Sequence record: OR496884.1
Reading direction: 5' to 3' (one strand)
DNA length: 64,000 nucleotides
Below the pieces are notes generated by a model, which did no database searches, had not been told where the DNA came from, and saw nothing but the letters and a program-made list of their open reading frames with translations. Both the position numbers and the translations under genes were made by a program. Positions within the stretch are counted from its first letter, which is position 1; each line of letters begins with the position of its first letter. Below, piece after piece: positions 20,002 to 30,657 of this stretch.

Positions 20002-21468
20002 TTATTTTTTCCAATATGGTTTCTTTTTGTTGACAGCAATTTCCATCAACTCATAAATAGTCAAAGTTTTCTGTTTAATAAATTCAGGGTTATCGTGCCA
20101 GAAGTAAACAGTGTTCTCCAAGATATCGTCAATATCGATTTCTTGTTCTTTAAGCAGTTTATAAAGTTCCTCTGGGCTAACACGCCATTCCCTGGGGAAG
20201 TCAGACCAGAATGTTTGAACATACCAAAGATGGTAGCAAATCTCAATTGCACGTTGCAGTTTCTTGTTTGGATTTTCACCTTCAAGTAGATCCCGTACAG
20301 TTGGTCGTGTCAAGGTAACTTCTGGATACAATGCGCACTGATGTCGTTGAGCGCTACCTACTAATGCAAAATAACCGTTGTCCTTAAGCGTATCGTACAT
20401 AGACAGGTATTCAAGGATACCTTGTTCTTGAGAACCGATAAAAGACAAGTCACCACCAGATTGTCCAGATTTGTTTCTAAATGTGGTCGTATCGTATTTT
20501 ACTAGTTCCGGATTACTTTTTGCATTAGAACAAATTTGAGATTCTTTATCTCTTGGATAAAATACACTGTGATCAGGTTGTTTAAGCACGGTGCCTTTAA
20601 TAATTTCAATCCCAATGTGTGGAAGCTTAAGTATTGCTTTAGGTGCTGCCAACTTCTTATTATGACGAAGGAAAGTGGAATCTTTTTCTTTTGGACGACC
20701 ATCCATATTAATGACGTCAGCAGATTGTGCTATCCAATAAGAACGTATACCAACTCGTGGACCCAGTGTACAAACATCGTTCATTAGAATTCGACGCAGG
20801 TTACCGATTTCCATATCTCGTGTACGTTTCTTGCCGCCTTCATCCATATCCCCTTCATCAAATTGTTTAAACATCAATTTGTCAAACATGACTTCGGAAA
20901 TAGAATCAAAGAGAAACAAAATAGGGTGATGAGTTTTAACACGCTCATTTGTTTTCCGGCTTTGATAAGGAGTTACTAAGAACAAACTTTCATAAGCTTC
21001 TTTATCAGCTTTATCTTTGGAAACTGACAAAGCAGTAATGTTTTTATAAATTTCAAGAACGCGATTGTGAAGTTCAGTACCGTCAACCCCTGCGGAGTTT
21101 GGCATATAGAAGAAACGTTTATCTTCGATATGTTCTTCAAAATACCCAGGAATCCCAAACAACCGATCAATTTCCCCACCGAGACGTTGAACGTCCAATG
21201 TTGATTCACTATCTCCGTAAAGCACAATGGACTTAGAGAATCGATAAAGCACCACAGCGACGTCTTTAACTGCTCGACCCGTCTTCTGGGTGTTATTACC
21301 ACCGGCCAATGCGTTGATTGGCATTAACCCGCCATTCATCATCCAGATGCCGTCATGACTCTTAATCATGCTAGTGGTAAGTAGATCAAATATAGGAGAA
21401 ACATTAAGACCAATTTGCAGATTAGATTCTGCACCATAATCTTTAACAAAATTCAGAGCGGGAAGCAT
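20002..21468 (-). CDS. uvsX: RecA/UvsX-like recombinase (phiKZ gp152-like)
   Basis: Variant Walker A GGNNTQKT, DSESTLD, Walker B LFLFDSIS; synteny with gp149-like gene. Confidence 0.8.
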   Translation of the reverse strand: MLPALNFVKDYGAESNLQIGLNVSPIFDLLTTSMIKSHDGIWMMNGGLMPINALAGGNNTQKTGRAVKDVAVVLYRFSKSIVLYGDSESTLDVQRLGGEIDRLFGIPGYFEEHIEDKRFFYMPNSAGVDGTELHNRVLEIYKNITALSVSKDKADKEAYESLFLVTPYQSRKTNERVKTHHPILFLFDSISEVMFDKLMFKQFDEGDMDEGGKKRTRDMEIGNLRRILMNDVCTLGPRVGIRSYWIAQSADVINMDGRPKEKDSTFLRHNKKLAAPKAILKLPHIGIEIIKGTVLKQPDHSVFYPRDKESQICSNAKSNPELVKYDTTTFRNKSGQSGGDLSFIGSQEQGILEYLSMYDTLKDNGYFALVGSAQRHQCALYPEVTLTRPTVRDLLEGENPNKKLQRAIEICYHLWYVQTFWSDFPREWRVSPEELYKLLKEQEIDIDDILENTVYFWHDNPEFIKQKTLTIYELMEIAVNKKKPYWKK

Positions 21469-21521
21469 ATATATCCTCGTGAAATGTTATGTAACATTAG
21501 CCAATATATGGGAAACAAATT

Positions 21522-22301
21522 ATGGTCGTCGATATTTTTAATCTGGACGCTATTCAAGGATCAGAAGATCTTACTGTTGGTGAGCGTATTAAACTCGCCA
21601 TGGGAGAGTTGTCTTTAGGTGTTGATAAATTCAACGCTAAACATTTTAATAAAAGTATTCATGTGGTGGATTTTCAAAACGCTCCTGCTGTACTAAAAGC
21701 TAAAAATAATTATTTTAAGGTTTCTTTCAAACACATTCCTTCCCCAGTGTTTTTTAATCCCAAGGTAACTACATTTAAAGACTACGTTCATTTAATCCTT
21801 CAAGGGATCGGGGCGTTAAAATTAGCTAACACTCAAGCTGAAGATCTTTATCGCGGTTTAAAAACATTGGCTGCTAAAGGTCAGGTTGTTCATTCTATTC
21901 GTAATAGCCAATTAGTTGTTACTATTAATCAATTGCGTGAACAAGTGCAAGAAAAGATTTCCGACACTAAAACATTTAATCGTCCAGTTCAAGATCACTA
22001 TAAAAACTGGGAAGAATTTGACAGTATTGGAAAAATGTTTAATCAAGAAGTCGAGACACTTTTATCTCGCGATACTGAAATTTTGACTAAGAACATTGAC
22101 GGTTGTGTTAGTATTCTTAAATTGATCAAATCAAAGGTAGATAGTTCAGAAATCATTCTCAATGATATTGAACGTGTTAATCTAAATGATGGAATAAAAC
22201 AGATGGATGAAACAGCAAAATTAGTGGGTGAGTTAATGACCTACATTGCTGAACTGAAAGCTGTGTTTGAACAACAAACTAACCAACTTTTAAAAATGTA
22301 A
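21522..22301 (+). CDS. Probable virion head protein (phiKZ gp153-like by synteny)
   Basis: 259 aa, helical, divergent from uvsX. Confidence 0.5.
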   Translation: MVVDIFNLDAIQGSEDLTVGERIKLAMGELSLGVDKFNAKHFNKSIHVVDFQNAPAVLKAKNNYFKVSFKHIPSPVFFNPKVTTFKDYVHLILQGIGALKLANTQAEDLYRGLKTLAAKGQVVHSIRNSQLVVTINQLREQVQEKISDTKTFNRPVQDHYKNWEEFDSIGKMFNQEVETLLSRDTEILTKNIDGCVSILKLIKSKVDSSEIILNDIERVNLNDGIKQMDETAKLVGELMTYIAELKAVFEQQTNQLLKM

Positions 22302-22306
22302 TAATA

Positions 22307-22335
22307 CCCTAGGTGAACCAATGGTTCACCTAGGG
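22307..22335. terminator. Bidirectional terminator
   Basis: ccctaggtgaacca-a-tggttcacctaggg (14-bp arms). Confidence 0.85.
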
Positions 22336-22351
22336 ATTACTTTGTTTTTAA

Positions 22352-23455
22352 TTACAAATAAAAACAATATTGAGTGTCATTTTGTCCGAGTCGAATCTTC
22401 ATTAGTTCAGCAAATCCTTCTGACCAACGCAACCCGAAATGATCCGATGGTTCTGGAAGTGCTTTACTAAGAACTTTAAACAAATTGTTACGAGCATAAA
22501 TTCCAAGATGGTTTAAGTCAATAGACAAGAAGTCAACTTCCCCGCTCAATGGAATGTGATCTGGAATTTTGTACTCTTTAAGGAAGTTGACAAGATACTC
22601 AACTTCCTTATCCATAATAGCGTGACACGCTTTTGAGTTTGGTGTTAGATCACCAAACAAACGCCAGTTATCTATTCCACCAAAACTAATAAATTTAAAA
22701 TGATTATCCAGAAATGTTTTTACTAGTGAATTGTTAATAAGTGTTTGTGCATATTTTAAATAAGCGTCAGATTCAGAAATCAATTTGCTTTTATAAAGAT
22801 TATTAACCGTTTCATTAATTTTATTCATTCGCTGTTTAATGTCAACAAACTGATTTCCAAAGTAAAGTTTCTTATCGTCTTTACTCATTGGAGTCCGAAG
22901 AATCTCTATGGCATCGGCGCCGTCAAGAATAGCAGGGATCTTATCAAAGCACATAAAGATTTTAAATGGCTTAGTGTTATCTTCTTCATAATCAAACGTA
23001 AGCAGTCCATCAAAATCTTTGATAATGCTAAAGTCTTTAGCTACTTCATCAATACGTTTGTTAACGATATTAGCGATTGCTTTAATTTCCATTCCTGCGA
23101 TGGCAAGAATACCAGAGACACGTGATTCAATAACGTTTTTAATACTGTCGGAAAGCTGATCAGAGTTATCGGTTTGTTCTACGATCAAGTCTTCCGGTTC
23201 AATATCCATGGGTTTATATTTTACCCCAGAAAACGCAGATTCCAACATTTGTGCAAATGTAAGCTGATCGCATTTAACTACACAATCAATAAATTTTGAT
23301 TTAACACCACTTGTTACTTCAATACCATGCGGTCCAGCGGATGCTATGAAATCACCGTTTTCTTTTGTTTCGGTTTTTACTTCACAATCGTGAATAAGAA
23401 ACATCCCGCTGGTATTGAGCAAGGTGATAAAGTTTTCTTTATTAAATTCATTCAT
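22352..23455 (-). CDS. Hypothetical protein (367 aa)
   Basis: Long ORF with AAGGA RBS; no recognised motif. Confidence 0.65.
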   Translation of the reverse strand: MNEFNKENFITLLNTSGMFLIHDCEVKTETKENGDFIASAGPHGIEVTSGVKSKFIDCVVKCDQLTFAQMLESAFSGVKYKPMDIEPEDLIVEQTDNSDQLSDSIKNVIESRVSGILAIAGMEIKAIANIVNKRIDEVAKDFSIIKDFDGLLTFDYEEDNTKPFKIFMCFDKIPAILDGADAIEILRTPMSKDDKKLYFGNQFVDIKQRMNKINETVNNLYKSKLISESDAYLKYAQTLINNSLVKTFLDNHFKFISFGGIDNWRLFGDLTPNSKACHAIMDKEVEYLVNFLKEYKIPDHIPLSGEVDFLSIDLNHLGIYARNNLFKVLSKALPEPSDHFGLRWSEGFAELMKIRLGQNDTQYCFYL

Positions 23456-23533
23456 AGTTAATTATTTCCTTTAGCAATAAACTGTGATACGTATTATTGT
23501 CGGTTTTGTATTAAACAAATTAAAGAAGGATAT

Positions 23534-25654
23534 ATGAAAAATTTCTTTACTTTCTCACCTTCAGTTGAAGAAGTAGGGTCTTTTTACGTTGTTGCCGGTA
23601 TAAACGTCCTAGCAATGGAAGCAGACCTAAAAACCAATTTTGGTACAAGTGTTATTTTTTCTAAATTAGTTACAAAACTTACATCAAGAACATTTAAAAT
23701 ACATCGTTTCTTTATGGTGGAGTTTGCTTGGATTCTTGATCACTTAACAACCCAAAAGGATAAACGGACAGTTAACCGATATCGTGTTGGGATGTTAAAG
23801 TACCGTCAACTTTATGACGAGATTAAAGAAAAGACCTGGATTAAAACCACATTTGAAAAACATCCAAAATACGATCTAGATAAAGCGCTTCAAGAATTTG
23901 CTATTTCTCCATTTGCAGATCAACGTGAATTCTTAGAAGATTACAGTCGTATTAAATACGGGTATCAATTAAAAGGATGTTTGCTTGATGCAGTTGTTGG
24001 CTCCGGAAAGTCACCGACAAGTTTAATGTGGAGTAAAATGATTAGTCCTTATAAGACTTTTATTATCACTCCCCGTAATCTTATTACAACTCCATGGCTT
24101 TTGGAAATTAACAAAGCATTTAAAACTAAAAAGAAAATTTGGACATCAATTGATGGTACTGATATTCTTGACCATTTGGATGCTGATTTCTTTATCATAC
24201 ATAAAGAACAATTACGTGACAACAATTGGGGACATGCAATAAAGGCTGTAACTAAATCAGGAAAAGAACCTGCTAAAGTTATTGTAGATGAATCCCATAA
24301 CTATGCTGAACATAATAGTCTACAGTCAAAAGGGATTGTTGAATTTGGAACAAACAAGTTTATTTCGGACATTTTGTTTATGTCTGGAACTCCTATTAAA
24401 GCTCAGGGTAAAGAAACCTACAGTTTGTTTGCAACCATTGACAAGTTCTTTGATGAAAAAGTTAGAACTGCTTTCTTGAAACTTTATGGTCGAGATAACA
24501 CTTATCTTAATGAGATGCTTGCTCATAGGTTAGGTAGGATTAAATTTACCATCCCAGCTATTACAGAAATGAACAACCCACCTGAACCAGTTGTTATCAA
24601 AGTTAAATTCCCTGGCGTTGAGAAGTTTACATTGAACTCAATTAGACTTGATATGGTTGCGTTTATAAACGACCGTGTGAAGTTTTATAGAGAACACATG
24701 CCTCAGTACATAACTGATTGGGAAGACGTTGTAAAACTGTATAGAAGCATCATATCGAGAGATCCAATAGCGTTACACGAGCTTGATCAATATGTTAAAA
24801 TTGTCCACCATTTTAGAACACATGGATACAACAATTTTACTGACTCTGATAAGAGTAAGTTTGCCGGTCAAGTTGAAAAGCAAATTGAATCCCATTTAAA
24901 AGGTGCTGATCTAAAGTACTTCCGACATATTAAATCTGCTGTAAAATATGTTGGATTAAAAATACGAGGTGAGGCTTTAGGAAATGTATTAGGTAAAGCC
25001 AGAATGGATGCTGTTAAAGAAACCATTCGCCACGCTGATTTACCTACCTTAGTTAATGGCGTTAAAAAGAAAACACTTGTTTACACTTCCTATGTTGAAG
25101 TCATTAAAGAACTTGAAAATCATTTTGAACTCAATGGAATGAAACCTATTGTGGTTTACGGAGATAATTCAAAAGAGATTGACCAAGTTGTTGAAACGTT
25201 TGCTAATGATAAAGATGTAAATCCACTCATTACTACCTTTGCAACATTGCGTGAAGGTAAACCGATGATCATGGCAAATCAAATCATTTTAATGAATTCT
25301 CCCTTTAGGTCTTTTGAATTAAAACAAACCATTGCGCGCATTTATCGCCGTGGACAAGATGAAGAATGTTTTGTTTATTTGATCGATCTTGATACCGGAA
25401 GTGAGGAAAACATCACGTCTCGTTCTATAGACATCATGCAGTGGTCTGCAGAACAAGTTGATCAGTTATTGGGTGGCGGGACGTTCCCTGGACAAAGTTT
25501 CCAAGACATTGGTCCGTTGGACGTATCTGGATTTGAATCAAGAGAATACGCTTGGGACATTGCTAAACTTGATCCCAACCTTGACATTTCTCTGGAATTT
25601 GCAGATCGTTCTGTTCCCGTTTTTAAACGTCAATATATTACCGATATATTTTAA
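23534..25654 (+). CDS. SF2 (SNF2/DEAD-like) helicase
   Basis: Walker A DAVVGSGKS, DESH box, MSGTP (motif III), QTIARIYRRGQ (motif VI). Confidence 0.9.
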   Translation: MKNFFTFSPSVEEVGSFYVVAGINVLAMEADLKTNFGTSVIFSKLVTKLTSRTFKIHRFFMVEFAWILDHLTTQKDKRTVNRYRVGMLKYRQLYDEIKEKTWIKTTFEKHPKYDLDKALQEFAISPFADQREFLEDYSRIKYGYQLKGCLLDAVVGSGKSPTSLMWSKMISPYKTFIITPRNLITTPWLLEINKAFKTKKKIWTSIDGTDILDHLDADFFIIHKEQLRDNNWGHAIKAVTKSGKEPAKVIVDESHNYAEHNSLQSKGIVEFGTNKFISDILFMSGTPIKAQGKETYSLFATIDKFFDEKVRTAFLKLYGRDNTYLNEMLAHRLGRIKFTIPAITEMNNPPEPVVIKVKFPGVEKFTLNSIRLDMVAFINDRVKFYREHMPQYITDWEDVVKLYRSIISRDPIALHELDQYVKIVHHFRTHGYNNFTDSDKSKFAGQVEKQIESHLKGADLKYFRHIKSAVKYVGLKIRGEALGNVLGKARMDAVKETIRHADLPTLVNGVKKKTLVYTSYVEVIKELENHFELNGMKPIVVYGDNSKEIDQVVETFANDKDVNPLITTFATLREGKPMIMANQIILMNSPFRSFELKQTIARIYRRGQDEECFVYLIDLDTGSEENITSRSIDIMQWSAEQVDQLLGGGTFPGQSFQDIGPLDVSGFESREYAWDIAKLDPNLDISLEFADRSVPVFKRQYITDIF

Positions 25655-25664
25655 GGAAACAAAG

Positions 25665-26636
25665 ATGGAATACAGTTCTGCTCATCATGACCATAATCTT
25701 CAACTAATATATGGTTTTGAAAGCTTCTTAGAAAACCCGTCCGAAAATAGTCCTTCAACCGTTTATCTAAAATCAGCTTTATCTCTTCACGGTGTGGGGT
25801 TTGATGCAGTTGAGGGCACAGAAGGTTGGGTAGACCAATTAAAAACAGTTGGGCGACGTTTCTATGAATTTATACTCAGCATCCTCCGAGCAATCAAAAA
25901 CTTCCTGTTCGGTCCAAAAGGAAGTAAAGACGATAAGAAAATCACGACGGCGGTTGCGGCATTGGATGTCACTGCTCGCAAACTTCCTGATTTGATTAAA
26001 CAAGCTGAACCGGAAGTTCAGCAACACGTTGAACAAAAAGTCGAACAGATGGTAGAGGGTATTTCACTTCCTTTTAATGTTGCCAGGGGACATAATAAGT
26101 TCTTTGACAATACTAATGGTGTAGTGACTGATGCATATAAAGCTGCTAAATTAGCCGGAATGGAAATTCCTAATCTTGATCTTGAGATTAAACGTGCTAA
26201 CGAGCTTTATGAAAATCTCCAAAAGAATATTGCCGATATCAAGATTGCAAAGAAATCAGGTGATATGATGGGGGTCGTCAGTACCTTGAGCCAAGCTGCT
26301 TATCTTGGAGGTCTTTATAAAGGACTAAGGGATGAGTATAAAAAGATTCTAGATAAACTTCTCCCTGTATTGGATGCAGCTAACTCTAATACAAAAGGAT
26401 TAGAAGAACGACGTGCTAGTAGTCCTGATGCAGATAAAGCTTATCGTACTTCTCGGAAAGTTACTGTTTTCTTAGCTGATTATGTTCAATCTATGGAACG
26501 CGCTATTAATAATTGTACTAAAAACGTTTCTCGTATTGCCGAGAAGTTTAATAGCATGATTATTAAACTTAACTACGAATCCCCAGCTTCAGATCAATTT
26601 AATGATGTTAGAGATATTGGACAGGCAATTGAATAA
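25665..26636 (+). CDS. Internal head (ejection) protein of the phiKZ paralog families
   Basis: GFESFLE...VEGTEGWVDQLKTVGRRFYEFILSIL pattern with G-x-E prohead-protease-type sites; AAGGA RBS before MEYSSA. Confidence 0.65.
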   Translation: MEYSSAHHDHNLQLIYGFESFLENPSENSPSTVYLKSALSLHGVGFDAVEGTEGWVDQLKTVGRRFYEFILSILRAIKNFLFGPKGSKDDKKITTAVAALDVTARKLPDLIKQAEPEVQQHVEQKVEQMVEGISLPFNVARGHNKFFDNTNGVVTDAYKAAKLAGMEIPNLDLEIKRANELYENLQKNIADIKIAKKSGDMMGVVSTLSQAAYLGGLYKGLRDEYKKILDKLLPVLDAANSNTKGLEERRASSPDADKAYRTSRKVTVFLADYVQSMERAINNCTKNVSRIAEKFNSMIIKLNYESPASDQFNDVRDIGQAIE

Positions 26637-26649
26637 TTGAAAATAAAAA

Positions 26650-26682
26650 AACTCTCTACTCCTCATTGAGGAGTAGAGAGTT
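26650..26682. terminator. Bidirectional terminator
   Basis: aactctctactcctca-t-tgaggagtagagagtt (16-bp arms). Confidence 0.85.
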
Positions 26683-26692
26683 AACTATTATG

Positions 26693-28114
26693 TTATTTTA
26701 AACCTAGTTCTTTTAAAGAGTAAACGCGCAAATTAGCGCAACTGTTAGCGTGAAGATATGTGAAGTTAGGAGTATCTACTACAGTGTAATAAGCAACACC
26801 TGCATCATCATTAAAATCCAAACCAACCCATACTTTAAATTCAGGTATCTTATTTAACAATAGTGAATTAAGCGGACTGCGATCAGGCATGTCATATTTA
26901 ACGGCAAGATTAATTGTAACAGGTTTTAAACATCCAGGTGCAACTACTGGAACCGGAATGGTTAACGTGTTCATTGTAAAATTACTGTTGATTTTCCACT
27001 TACCTTTTTCATCTTGTTCAAACAACAAATGTGTGATATCAACAAAACGATGTTTCATGAATTCATTGTTTTCATCTCGTTTTCTAAAAATTTCATGGTA
27101 ACGAGAAAGATGATGTTGAAAGTCTTTTATCCGATATGACAGTCCTGGAGGATCGATAAAATCCACAAGTACAGGAGAAGCATTAATCCCGATTGCCATT
27201 GAGGCAATTAATTCATTTTTATTAATCACACCAGGTATGACATCAATAACACGACTGATCTCTTTTGATTTGATCATATCAATATTACCGGCTGCCAAAA
27301 TGTTATAAGGATTCGGTTTGTTCTCTCTACAGAAGTTGTAAAGTTTATCAAGTACCACAATGGGTTCTTTTGTAAACAAAGACGAATAATAAACATCTGG
27401 TGTCGCTTTACCGTAATAATTCTTTTGGGGATCTATTCGCCCAAAACAATATTGGCGATAACCCCACTCATCAGGTTGATAAAAAGTAGAATTGTCACCG
27501 GTATTAAAAAACCACCTTGAAGCAGTAACCAATTTATTAAAATCGTTCTCTGGGTTTTTAAAATCTTTGATACTCTCTACTTCCAATGAAGAAGTAGGAA
27601 CATTTGGAAGCTCCAACAATGCTTTAGCAAAATCCATTTGTTTACTGGCTTGCTTACATCCGTCACCACCATTTGCCCAAAGTTCACTTTCTAAAAAGAC
27701 ATTGGGTTCAAGTGCTTGAAACAATTCACGAGCTTTAATTACTATTTGGTTCTCAGCAAACTTTTCAGTAAGCCGGGGCGTTTTTAATAATTTAAATGCA
27801 TTGAAACAATCCCCGATGATGAGAACTTTATCAACGCTTTCTCGTTTTGCATATTCAAGCAGCTCTGTAATAGCAGTTAAACTTACTTCGTGCTCGGTCG
27901 GTAAATTTAATGCTCTTCCAGAAAGAATATTGACTTGGTCCACAGCGATACTTTGTAGCGTCGCTCCGACGTAATAACCGTAACCTGTAGGTGCATTTTT
28001 GATTAGCTTTCGCTTACTTTCTACTGATGCATCATAGGTATAACCATGTCCTCCGGCAATTGCCACACCCCTATCTTTTAGCATTGTGCTACTAAGATAA
28101 TAAACGATATTCAT
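26693..28114 (-). CDS. RNase H-like protein (phiKZ gp155-like), active site possibly degenerate
   Basis: GGHGYTY, ELTAITELL, IIGDC correspond to the RNase HI E48/D70 region; synteny. Confidence 0.65.
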   Translation of the reverse strand: MNIVYYLSSTMLKDRGVAIAGGHGYTYDASVESKRKLIKNAPTGYGYYVGATLQSIAVDQVNILSGRALNLPTEHEVSLTAITELLEYAKRESVDKVLIIGDCFNAFKLLKTPRLTEKFAENQIVIKARELFQALEPNVFLESELWANGGDGCKQASKQMDFAKALLELPNVPTSSLEVESIKDFKNPENDFNKLVTASRWFFNTGDNSTFYQPDEWGYRQYCFGRIDPQKNYYGKATPDVYYSSLFTKEPIVVLDKLYNFCRENKPNPYNILAAGNIDMIKSKEISRVIDVIPGVINKNELIASMAIGINASPVLVDFIDPPGLSYRIKDFQHHLSRYHEIFRKRDENNEFMKHRFVDITHLLFEQDEKGKWKINSNFTMNTLTIPVPVVAPGCLKPVTINLAVKYDMPDRSPLNSLLLNKIPEFKVWVGLDFNDDAGVAYYTVVDTPNFTYLHANSCANLRVYSLKELGLK

Positions 28115-28169
28115 TGTCGATACCTTCTCGGTCTCTTATGCATGGGACATTAAATTGTCTGACTAGTAC

Positions 28170-28592
28170 TTAATCAAGTTCTTCACGCCGACACTTTTGA
28201 TGGAGCTCTCGCCACAACCTAGTGTTCTCTTCACCCAGTCTTTTACTTTGGGTTACAGTTAAGTACAAGTCTTTTTTCAGTAATTCGTTTTCGGTGTTTA
28301 AACGATAGATCATTTTTTGTTGGTCTTTATTGATCCCGAATAACTGATTGATATTTTCTTGTTGTTTAAATATATGTTCATCAATTGTCTTAAAAGACGT
28401 ATTGATGACTCTTGCTTCCATTTGCAGATTCACAAAACGACCTGTGATGCCAATGGCAAAGATCGTGATGATTGTCGCATAGGTCGCAACCCGTGTGATT
28501 AAACGAACGTACCGTTGTTCCGGGTCTTCATCGGACCCGTAAACATATCGGACGATCCTTCTCCCGATTAACTCTCTTATAATTGCAAACAT
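28170..28592 (-). CDS. Single-pass membrane protein with coiled coil
   Basis: TM segment VATYATIITIFAIGITG followed by heptad pattern; GAAGG RBS before MFAII. Confidence 0.6.
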   Translation of the reverse strand: MFAIIRELIGRRIVRYVYGSDEDPEQRYVRLITRVATYATIITIFAIGITGRFVNLQMEARVINTSFKTIDEHIFKQQENINQLFGINKDQQKMIYRLNTENELLKKDLYLTVTQSKRLGEENTRLWRELHQKCRREELD

Positions 28593-28645
28593 GTCACCTT
28601 CCACACTTTCAGTTATTACACATACTCTACCCAAGGAATAACAAG

Positions 28646-29980
28646 ATGTCAAATCTTTATAGTGGTTTTGTTAATATATCGGAATTAAAGTTAAACGGCT
28701 CTGTCTCTCCAATAGGAGAACTGACTAATGAAACCATCACTTATTCAAAAACTCCTGATTATTACTATGTCGAAAATAAACCTTGTGAACTCGTTGGGTT
28801 CCGTGGGATAAATCAGAGTAATCCTGCAAGTCGTTATGAAAAGATCCCGACCACTCATGTTACCCCAGTTATGAATATGATCAACTGGCTTTATGAAGAA
28901 GCGGTCAAAAATAATCTGACTGAAAATTCATTAGTAACATTACAAGCGCTTCAAACTAACTTCTCAGCAGGTTGGGTTTGGAAAGACGTTGCAAATATGG
29001 TTACAAATAACCTTATTTGGTTACCTTCCAGCATCAACTTTACACATGAAGTGGGTGGAGTTATACATGAATTCAAGATCTGGTTTGCGAATGCACTGTT
29101 TGAAGTGGAATTCCCCTATCGTGAAATTTATGTGATTGATCCAATCCCCGTTGACGGCATTGACTTCCTTGCTGAAAATAACTACAAAGAAGTTCGGAAC
29201 CGGTTGTATGAAGAAACTCCCGGTAAACGCCAAGAACGCGAGGACGCCATTGTAGGAACTAAATACCCATACACACGCCGGGAAACAATTCCTTTTGATG
29301 TGTACGATCTTGTTAATAGACCTCAGAAAAACACCGCATTCTGGACCATCATTTATTATGGTAATCCAAACGACGCTGAAGAAGAAGTCTATGAAGCAAT
29401 CCGTAATAGTATTCTTTCTCACTCCCAATACGATGAAAGTAAATGGGAAGAAGTAATCCCAGATTTGTTCAATCCATTGGAGTTTATTTCTATTCCACAT
29501 TGGAATGAACTTGGTCTGGAAAATGAAACTGCTTTAGGATCCACTCTAAGTCCAATTTACACCCACTTGGGTGGCGACGCTCTTGCGAAAAAGTACGCTG
29601 ACTTTTATCCACAGGAGGATATCATAAAATCGTTGCAGATAGTTCCACACCTGTATAAATCAACCAAAATGTCTTTTGTGGGTAAACCTCAGAATAACGC
29701 AGGTCGATCTAAAGTGACCGATATTTTCCCACGATATCAATTGATTCCAGCGACGGATAGTCAAGCGGGGATGATGGGATCGGAGACGATTAAATTTATT
29801 AAAGATTTAGAAGCTATGATAGCTGCAGGTTTTGTTGTAACTCCAGATGGCGTCCCGCCAAAAGGAATTCAACGTGCTATGAAAAACGGTCGTCTTTATA
29901 TTACTAAACGTTCCGGGAAAGTAAAAATTACAATGGTAACGCGTTATCAGTTTATCAAGGACGGTTTGATCAATGAATAA
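28646..29980 (+). CDS. Virion structural protein (phiKZ gp157-like by synteny)
   Basis: AAGGA RBS before MSNLYSG; position next to the RNase H-like gene. Confidence 0.6.
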   Translation: MSNLYSGFVNISELKLNGSVSPIGELTNETITYSKTPDYYYVENKPCELVGFRGINQSNPASRYEKIPTTHVTPVMNMINWLYEEAVKNNLTENSLVTLQALQTNFSAGWVWKDVANMVTNNLIWLPSSINFTHEVGGVIHEFKIWFANALFEVEFPYREIYVIDPIPVDGIDFLAENNYKEVRNRLYEETPGKRQEREDAIVGTKYPYTRRETIPFDVYDLVNRPQKNTAFWTIIYYGNPNDAEEEVYEAIRNSILSHSQYDESKWEEVIPDLFNPLEFISIPHWNELGLENETALGSTLSPIYTHLGGDALAKKYADFYPQEDIIKSLQIVPHLYKSTKMSFVGKPQNNAGRSKVTDIFPRYQLIPATDSQAGMMGSETIKFIKDLEAMIAAGFVVTPDGVPPKGIQRAMKNGRLYITKRSGKVKITMVTRYQFIKDGLINE

Positions 29981-30605
29981 CATTATTCCTTCATTACGCT
30001 CGGCGGGTAAATTTGTAGCGGAAGCACCATTTAATCAAGTGGTTGATGAAACTCGTTTTTACACTGTAGAAGCGATTCGTACAATACCAGAAATGCAGGC
30101 TTTAAAGCTAGATTTGTTTAAACTAGTCTTTCAGCCAGCCGGGTATCCGCAAGAAGAATATCAGCTCCAACTTCAAAATGCAATTGATAATAAAGCGGCA
30201 GTTATTTCTCTAACCAGTAGAGGTAAAGGTCCGGTTTATATTCTTTCTACTTTTTTGAAATCATTTCCAGTTATTGATGGTGTTGTTTACGAACACATTG
30301 CGATTATCGCTAGTTTAGGAGCGTGTCCTCCATCGATGAAAGAAAAGATTAATAATGCAGTAGAACACTTTAATAATTACATTAAAGGAAGTTTTGGGAT
30401 TGATAATCCAAATACAACAATCGGCACAATACCGACCCGCGGATACGTTAGTCGAGAAGAAGCTGTCGCTTGGGAGAATTCAAGGCTTTTAGCAATCAAT
30501 GAAGAACCTTCCGATGCTGTAAAAGTTGCTCAATTGGAAAAAGAAAACATTGAGTTAAAAACTTACATAGCGGAACTTGAAGCAACGATCATAAATAATA
30601 GTTAA
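29973..30605 (+). CDS. Probable virion structural protein
   Basis: Overlaps the upstream gene; C-terminal coiled coil. Confidence 0.55.
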   Translation: MNNIIPSLRSAGKFVAEAPFNQVVDETRFYTVEAIRTIPEMQALKLDLFKLVFQPAGYPQEEYQLQLQNAIDNKAAVISLTSRGKGPVYILSTFLKSFPVIDGVVYEHIAIIASLGACPPSMKEKINNAVEHFNNYIKGSFGIDNPNTTIGTIPTRGYVSREEAVAWENSRLLAINEEPSDAVKVAQLEKENIELKTYIAELEATIINNS

Positions 30606-30613
30606 TATATAAC

Positions 30614-30644
30614 GCTACCCTTCTCCTTTTGGGAGAAGGGTAGC
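30614..30644. terminator. Bidirectional terminator
   Basis: gctacccttctcc-ttttg-ggagaagggtagc. Confidence 0.85.
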
Positions 30645-30657
30645 TATGTATTTAATG

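Noticed and set aside
25634-25641. Exact TATATTAC on the plus strand
   Set aside because: Inside the helicase coding end, wrong spacing to the AAAC element, and upstream of a head protein expected to be late; likely chance in AT-rich DNA.
28170-28592. Spanin or holin call for the TM/coiled-coil gene
   Set aside because: No embedded lipoprotein (o-spanin) ORF or adjacent endolysin was found; left as a generic membrane protein.
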